A DNA stretch of 20,000 nucleotides, taken from an uncultured virus (IMG/VR IMGVR_UViG_3300027026_000009). Taxonomy: Duplodnaviria > Heunggongvirae > Uroviricota > Caudoviricetes. Below, piece by piece: positions 15,421 to 20,000 of the stretch; within the stretch, counting starts at the first letter, position 1, and each line of letters starts with the position of its first letter. Where the stretch lies: the IMG/VR virus record IMGVR_UViG_3300027026_000009. One strand, given 5' to 3'. The translations under genes were made by a program, and so were the position numbers. Below the pieces are notes generated by a model. It was not told where the DNA came from and ran no database searches. It saw only the letters and a list, made by a program, of their open reading frames with translations.

Positions 15421-15714
15421 TTACCAAAGTAGTTTATCTGCATAATAGCTGTTTGTGCCTTTTTTATTACGGTGCTTCTCGTGTCTTGCTTTGTAGGATT
15501 TTCGTTTTTTATTGGCAGTTCCTTTTTCTACTTTGCCTTTTTTCTCTAGGCTCATGTAGGTCGGGTAATCATTATAACCTATTGCACCTACCGAAGCGAC
15601 TTTTTTACCGTTTTTGAAAACGTCTATTTTCTTTCCTTTGTTCCTACTTGGCTTCACGGTAACACCTAGCTTTTTGGCTTGTTTTTTTGTGTAATTTGAG
15701 ATACGGTAGGACAT
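15421..15714 (-). CDS. Very basic 97-aa protein, DUF5754/Tlr6F-like
   Basis: 'VKPS.NK.KKIDVF...VGAIGYNDYPTY...RKSYKARH...SYYADKLLW' pattern, recognised from memory of that viral family. Confidence 0.7.
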   Translation of the reverse strand: MSYRISNYTKKQAKKLGVTVKPSRNKGKKIDVFKNGKKVASVGAIGYNDYPTYMSLEKKGKVEKGTANKKRKSYKARHEKHRNKKGTNSYYADKLLW

Positions 15715-15716
15715 GG

Positions 15717-16319
15717 TTATTTGTTTTTTCTGTAATGGTTTCTAACGTCCTTAGCTTCTTCTTGACGTTGCTTATAGGTGCTTCCCTTTAGCTTTGGAAA
15801 TTCCTTGGTTATTTTGCGTCTGGCACGTATAATGCTAATCGGGTTTGTGACGTTGTTCTGGTTCATAAGTTTTAGAAATTCAACGGCTCGGTGTTTGTTT
15901 GGGTCTAAGCTTGCGTAACGGCAGTCATCCAACCATAAGGACATAATTAGCTTCAAGTCGGAATCTCGGCATTGGCTACAATTGAACAACTGGTTCTTCA
16001 CGCGATCTTCAACCTTAAATTCACCGATAGGTGCTTTTTTGGTAAAGTTAAGTTCTGGATGTTCTTTTTCAACTTCACGTCTTGCACGAACGGTTGTTGA
16101 TGGGTTTCCAAATACTTTATTTGCAAAGTGGCTCATAAATAGCATGATGCTAATATTATTTGGATTTAACTTGTGATACTTTATAGCGTGTTCAAAGTAG
16201 ATGTGCGCCAGAAGCTTCATGTCGCTGTCTATTTTTGCGCCAAATCTACTCAATACTTCCTTGACCGCTTGTTTTTGATTCTTTATTTGTTTCAATACTG
16301 ATTGATGCTTTATTGCCAT
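15717..16319 (-). CDS. Hypothetical 200-aa protein made of two tandem homologous domains
   Basis: DSDMKLL..LNPN..F..NPSTTVRARREVEKEHPEL versus DSDLKLI..LDPN..F..NPISIIRARRKITKEFPKL. Confidence 0.85.
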   Translation of the reverse strand: MAIKHQSVLKQIKNQKQAVKEVLSRFGAKIDSDMKLLAHIYFEHAIKYHKLNPNNISIMLFMSHFANKVFGNPSTTVRARREVEKEHPELNFTKKAPIGEFKVEDRVKNQLFNCSQCRDSDLKLIMSLWLDDCRYASLDPNKHRAVEFLKLMNQNNVTNPISIIRARRKITKEFPKLKGSTYKQRQEEAKDVRNHYRKNK

Positions 16320-16560
16320 TTGGTGTATGTTTTATGGGTTCGTTAATTTGGCTTTCTAATCTGAAGTCTAATTTAGGGAATTTTTCTTTGACTGCTTGTA
16401 CGCTATTGCATTGTGAGCATTTATGATTGTGCGATGTTTCATGCCAATCGCCATGAACTACTGGCACTCGGACGCTTTCGTAAAAGTACATCATACCACC
16501 GCATTTACAGATTAAATCGGTGCGCCATGCCAGAACTGGATATTTCCTAAACCTTTCCAC
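16246..16560 (-). CDS. Putative zinc-ribbon protein, 104 aa
   Basis: CKCGG...HKCSQCN; GTG start overlapping the upstream gene; tail overlaps the next gene by 74 bp. Confidence 0.7.
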   Translation of the reverse strand: MERFRKYPVLAWRTDLICKCGGMMYFYESVRVPVVHGDWHETSHNHKCSQCNSVQAVKEKFPKLDFRLESQINEPIKHTPNGNKASISIETNKESKTSGQGSIE

Positions 16561-16765
16561 TATTCGCTTTACTTAATTCTTCTTTTAATTCTTCCATGGC
16601 TAATTTATAGCCAAAGTTCTTAGATAGTTGCATTAGTAACATATCGTTAGTTCCGTGGTTCGCTTTTGCAAAGGAATTTAGGTATTCCTCTGTCGGTGTT
16701 GCGACAATACTTCTGTCTAGTAAAGCTAGTTTTTCATCGATTATTTTAATAGTTTTTTTTGACAT
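16547..16765 (-). CDS. Hypothetical protein, 72 aa
   Basis: A-rich start region; sits in a co-oriented gene run. Confidence 0.78.
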   Translation of the reverse strand: MSKKTIKIIDEKLALLDRSIVATPTEEYLNSFAKANHGTNDMLLMQLSKNFGYKLAMEELKEELSKANSGKV

Positions 16766-16777
16766 CGTTTTTTATTT

Positions 16778-17191
16778 TTATTTGTTGATATTCGCAACGT
16801 TGCTTTGCTTTATATGTTTTTCTAAACAAGTAATGTACTTCAAAACGCTTATAGGTGCTTTAATGTAATCTTCTTCGGCATTATTTTTCCAATAATTTAA
16901 AGTGTGTCCGTCATATTTTCTCATTTCAATTTTATTGTTTTTAAGATACATTTTAACCCAATCTTCTGGGCTTGTCATAGTGCAAGTAAAGTCTTTTTCA
17001 AAAAGCCACTCGCAAAAAGGAAGTAACTGTTCTATTTGCCCTACAACATTAGATGTGCGCAATTGCTCAATCTCTGCAAGAAGCTTATGTATTTCTTCAA
17101 CCTTTTGCTTTAGTTCATTAGCAAGTCTTTCAAATAACCATTCATCACTTTTACCTTTCCAAGCTTGTCTATGTTCTTCTAATTTTGTCAT
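16778..17191 (-). CDS. Hypothetical mosaic protein, ~137 aa
   Basis: Track ORF 16778-17209; ATG at 17191 (AAAAAACCA-ATG) preferred over the TTG at 17209. Confidence 0.78.
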   Translation of the reverse strand: MTKLEEHRQAWKGKSDEWLFERLANELKQKVEEIHKLLAEIEQLRTSNVVGQIEQLLPFCEWLFEKDFTCTMTSPEDWVKMYLKNNKIEMRKYDGHTLNYWKNNAEEDYIKAPISVLKYITCLEKHIKQSNVANINK

Positions 17192-17198
17192 TGGTTTT

Positions 17199-17612
17199 TT
17201 AAATTTCAAAATATGCTGTTTGTAAAATCACTGCGTAACCTATATCTAAAACATCATAGATACCAGTATTTCCACTATTCCCTCTATTAGCTACCCATAA
17301 TCGGGTATCTACGTCCATTTTAAACTCACCGCCCTTCCATCCATGGTACGTTTGACCAATACCAGATTTCAATTCTTTCAAAAAACTTTCTACGGTAACT
17401 TGAAACATACTATTTGCATGGTCATCATATCCAGTCAGCTTGTAACCAAGTGCTAACTCGGCATATATTCCCCGCCAACTGTCTAAATCAGTAGGTATTG
17501 CAGTACCAAAATCATATTGCACACTTTTAGGATCGTTATATTCGTCTCTTGGTTCAATTGCTTCGATTTTCCCAATAAGATTGCCAAGGGTTAATTGTTC
17601 AATGTTTTTCAT
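17199..17612 (-). CDS. Conserved hypothetical phage protein, 137 aa
   Basis: 'TLGNLI...DSWRGIYAELAL...GQTYHGWKGGEFKM..DTRLWVA' resembles an uncharacterised phage family (recall, unverified). Confidence 0.82.
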   Translation of the reverse strand: MKNIEQLTLGNLIGKIEAIEPRDEYNDPKSVQYDFGTAIPTDLDSWRGIYAELALGYKLTGYDDHANSMFQVTVESFLKELKSGIGQTYHGWKGGEFKMDVDTRLWVANRGNSGNTGIYDVLDIGYAVILQTAYFEI

Positions 17613-17615
17613 TGG

Positions 17616-17873
17616 TTATTTATTTTCTAAGTGTTCAGTTATAAGACTGTCTTTTGTGACGTTTATAACTTCCATTTCGGTATCGTTTCTAAATAAAATA
17701 TATTTCATACCCCCTTCTTGTATCTCGTATTTCGTTATGAACCTTATTCCGCTTTCGACCGATTTTATATTAGGTTGCTTAATTGGTGTTGCGTTCTTCT
17801 CGTCACACTTAAAAAAAACGCACCCCACAAGAATAAAGAGTGCGTAGAAAGAAAATTGTTTAAAGTCAATCAT
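17616..17873 (-). CDS. Small membrane-anchored protein / possible lipoprotein, 85 aa
   Basis: Hydrophobic FSFYALFILVG-C with lipobox-like LVGC (Cys18). Confidence 0.7.
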   Translation of the reverse strand: MIDFKQFSFYALFILVGCVFFKCDEKNATPIKQPNIKSVESGIRFITKYEIQEGGMKYILFRNDTEMEVINVTKDSLITEHLENK

Positions 17874-18021
17874 TTTTACTTATTAATCGGTTAATTGTAT
17901 TGTGTATTCCCATAACGAATGACACCCTTAGTTCTTCACTATCTGGAAAGAACTTTGTAGAACATATGTCTATTTCTAATTCGGTAGGGATGTAGGGTTG
18001 ATTTTGGTTTGATTTTGACAT
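17866..18021 (-). CDS. Hypothetical 51-aa protein
   Basis: Not in the track. Hand translation MSKSNQNQPYIPTELEIDICSTKFFPDSEELRVSFVMGIHNTINRLISKND*; AAAACC-ATG start; ATGATTGA overlap with the next gene. Confidence 0.72.
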   Translation of the reverse strand: MSKSNQNQPYIPTELEIDICSTKFFPDSEELRVSFVMGIHNTINRLISKND

Positions 18022-18032
18022 GGTTTTATGAT

Positions 18033-18410
18033 TTAGGATAAAGTAAATTCTTTAAAGTTTACGGATTTTCCACCTAATGAAAGATAGTAACCCGAATTTT
18101 CTTCAACCAACGTTTTTAACTGGTCAAAGTATATTTCTTTTTGCTCGTTCATAACCTTCCAAATTGAAGTTTTGCCCGCTTCTGGATTGCCCGCATGAAA
18201 TTTCATAACTGACATCTTAAAAAAATCATAGTAGTAAGTGATCTCGATTCTGATTTTGTTCGGAAAGGTGATTCTTAGACCGTCATCAATAATCACCAAC
18301 TTTGCGCCAGTAAACGCTTGAAGCTTTTTTATTCCGCCCAAACAATTTGCAATGTAAATAGCCATTTCTTTACTGGCTGAAGGGTTTTTTAATTTTGCCA
18401 TAACTAACAT
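18033..18410 (-). CDS. Hypothetical phage protein, 122-125 aa (alternative start 18401)
   Basis: First gene after promoter cassette B; 'IANCLGG.KKL.AFTGAK...IYFDQL..LVEENSGYYLSL'. Confidence 0.82.
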   Translation of the reverse strand: MLVMAKLKNPSASKEMAIYIANCLGGIKKLQAFTGAKLVIIDDGLRITFPNKIRIEITYYYDFFKMSVMKFHAGNPEAGKTSIWKVMNEQKEIYFDQLKTLVEENSGYYLSLGGKSVNFKEFTLS

Positions 18411-18463
18411 TTTTGATTACATGGTAAAAATAGGTAAAAGGTACGACTTATGCAAATTAAATT
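18399..18463 (-). promoter_or_regulatory. Promoter cassette, copy B
   Basis: TTTG-N20-TATTTTTA; collinear with 8394-8458. Confidence 0.82.
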
Positions 18464-18577
18464 CATATTATACGTGTGCGGGTGTAAAAGAACATTTTTA
18501 AGCTGTTTTATACCTTGTCGGTTATATCACCGTTTTAGTATTTTTTTGAGATTTACACCCTTATCTGGTGTAGTTCT

Positions 18578-18781
18578 TTAATTTTTTCTATAAAGCTTTT
18601 TAGATATAATGGCTAACCTTAGATAAGAAATATAAAAAGGCAGTACAGCAGTCCATAGAATAGGGATAGAACCGCCAATAGTTAATATTGCAATAAGTGT
18701 ATAAGCTACAAAATATGCAAAAGAGCCAATCTGACCAAAGCTAGACGCAAGGTATTGTATTGTTTCAAAAAAGTCACTCAT
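18578..18781 (-). CDS. Small membrane protein, ~67 aa
   Basis: Long hydrophobic stretch; ATGAGTGA overlap with the HD gene stop (track start 18787). Confidence 0.7.
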   Translation of the reverse strand: MSDFFETIQYLASSFGQIGSFAYFVAYTLIAILTIGGSIPILWTAVLPFYISYLRLAIISKKLYRKN

Positions 18782-19412
18782 TACCATTAGAAATAAAATT
18801 AAGTTCCTTAAAACGGCTTATTTTGGCTTCAAGACTTGTACATTTTTCATAATCCCCATATGAACCGCCAGAAGCTACTCTTGCAAATTCTAAAACGGCT
18901 TGATCGTTCCATTTTGTGTATTTAGTAACCACGTTAAAGATTTTTTTTGCTAATTTTTCATAATCCGCTACTATTTTCTTGTTACGGACTTGTGGCGATA
19001 GCGACCGCATAAAGTAATGTTCGCTTTTGTACTTTTCTATAAGCTTAGTCTGTGAAGCTTTAAGGTTTTGTAGATTAGCAATTCTGTCAAGATATTTGAC
19101 CTCGGAAGCTGTACTTGATAAACGTATATCATTGAAATAATCTACATTATTTTGATGCGTTTTTCTGGTGAGTTTTTCAACGGTTCTGGATATGTCTGAA
19201 TTAAATACTCGTCTTAAAAATTCTTCTGTAATTTCAGTATCTTCAATAATATCATGTAACCACGATACGATAATTCTATTTGTACCAAGTCCATACTGCT
19301 TTGCTAAATTAACAACTTGACGTAGATGGTACATATAGCTTTTTCCACCATACTTCTGTCCGTGATGCGCTAGTGAAGCTAACATCTGTGCATTTTTTAC
19401 GGCTAATTCCAT
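18774..19412 (-). CDS. HD-domain protein, RelA/SpoT-hydrolase (small alarmone hydrolase/Mesh1)-like, 212 aa
   Basis: AHHGQ, Y..HL..V, WLHDIIEDT, V..LT, VKYLDRIANL motifs in order; no synthetase domain. Confidence 0.88.
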   Translation of the reverse strand: MELAVKNAQMLASLAHHGQKYGGKSYMYHLRQVVNLAKQYGLGTNRIIVSWLHDIIEDTEITEEFLRRVFNSDISRTVEKLTRKTHQNNVDYFNDIRLSSTASEVKYLDRIANLQNLKASQTKLIEKYKSEHYFMRSLSPQVRNKKIVADYEKLAKKIFNVVTKYTKWNDQAVLEFARVASGGSYGDYEKCTSLEAKISRFKELNFISNGNE

Positions 19413-19420
19413 ACTTGTTC

Positions 19421-19440
19421 TTGATTACACTGCAAATGTA
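19421..19440 (-). promoter_or_regulatory. Promoter of the HD gene, same -7/start geometry as cassettes A and B
   Basis: TACATTTG-N3-TGTAATCAA, same elements and spacing as copy A. Confidence 0.78.
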
Positions 19441-19463
19441 CTAAAAAAAAGCTGAAAGTATGA

Positions 19464-19706
19464 CTATTTTTTTAAAGTATTGTCTGCGACAGCTTGATTT
19501 ACTTTTTTCCGAAGGTTTCTTTTAGCCAACCTTTTTTCGTAAACTTCAATATTTCCATTGATTAAGGTGAGTAGTGATTCAAGTCTGTTCTTAAAGATGG
19601 TCTGGCGTAAAAATTGGCTGTTATCAACTTTTTCGGCAATTTTTTTAGCGTCCGTTTTAAGATCTTTTAATTCTTCAAGAGATTTTTTGATGTCTAGTGA
19701 TTCCAT
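19464..19706 (-). CDS. Hypothetical coiled-coil protein, 80 aa
   Basis: Heptad-rich K/E/L sequence; upstream TATCTTTA (19727-19734) and GTAATCAA (19712-19719). Confidence 0.75.
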   Translation of the reverse strand: MESLDIKKSLEELKDLKTDAKKIAEKVDNSQFLRQTIFKNRLESLLTLINGNIEVYEKRLAKRNLRKKVNQAVADNTLKK

Positions 19707-19757
19707 ATGCTTTGATTACTAAAGCGTAAAGATATAAAAAATAATAGCTTTTTAAAA

Positions 19758-19876
19758 TCGAGATTTTTTTTGACTTAACCGATCAAGAACGGAACATTTT
19801 TTAAGAATGGTAAAAAACTACTCCGATTATATTCGAGATTTTTTTCTTATAGAGGTTCTAAATTCGAGATTTTTTT
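19758..19876. repeat. Three direct copies of TCGAGATTTTTTT in non-coding DNA
   Basis: Exact 13-mers at 19758-19770, 19833-19845, 19864-19876; the last two extend to ATTCGAGATTTTTTT. Confidence 0.9.
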
Positions 19877-20000
19877 ACTTCTGGAATATAATTTAAGTTT
19901 TTTATAGAAATAATTTTACTTAATAGAAAATTGTTATAGGTCAATACGTGCTACTATACTTTATTTTTTTTCACACATAGTACCCCCCTTGGTGTTCCTG

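Noticed and set aside
8117..17847. ORFs 8117-8299 (-), 9731 (+), 10321 (+), 15405 (+), 15982 (+), 16902 (+), 17581 (+)
   Set aside because: Nested in or antisense to better-supported genes; no motifs or start context.
1..20000. Stop-codon reassignment, tRNA/rRNA genes, integrase, transposase, intron or intein
   Set aside because: Standard-code ORFs tile the window densely and TAA, TAG and TGA all occur as plausible stops; I saw none of the other signatures by eye.

Overview
AT-rich, gene-dense, mostly minus-strand window that reads as part of a large tailed phage (or prophage) of a Bacteroidota/Flavobacteriia host. Evidence: TAnnTTTG-type promoters, A-rich non-Shine-Dalgarno start regions and Gln-after-cleavage signal peptides. 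Left to right: (i) a translationally coupled operon: 1206-aa polyvalent-type protein with FxxGG motifs and a degenerate ADP-ribosyltransferase-like C-terminus, a Gly/Glu-repeat acidic protein, a MoxR/AAA_5 ATPase and a truncated partner; (ii) small genes behind a repeated promoter cassette; (iii) a spanin-like overlapping pair, a Phg_2220_C-type replication protein with upstream repeats, and an HTH gene; (iv) a plus-strand amidase endolysin, small structural protein and signal-peptide-bearing fibre protein; (v) accessory genes (sulfotransferase, DUF5754/Tlr6F-like protein, HD hydrolase). The most striking unannotated signal is a set of up to five ~60-85-nt promoter-to-terminator units with no ORF. 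Three sit in tandem at 14198-14486. Their bodies read as the reverse complement of a translation-start region, suggesting a phage-encoded antisense sRNA array. All family assignments come from motif recognition by eye; no searches were run.
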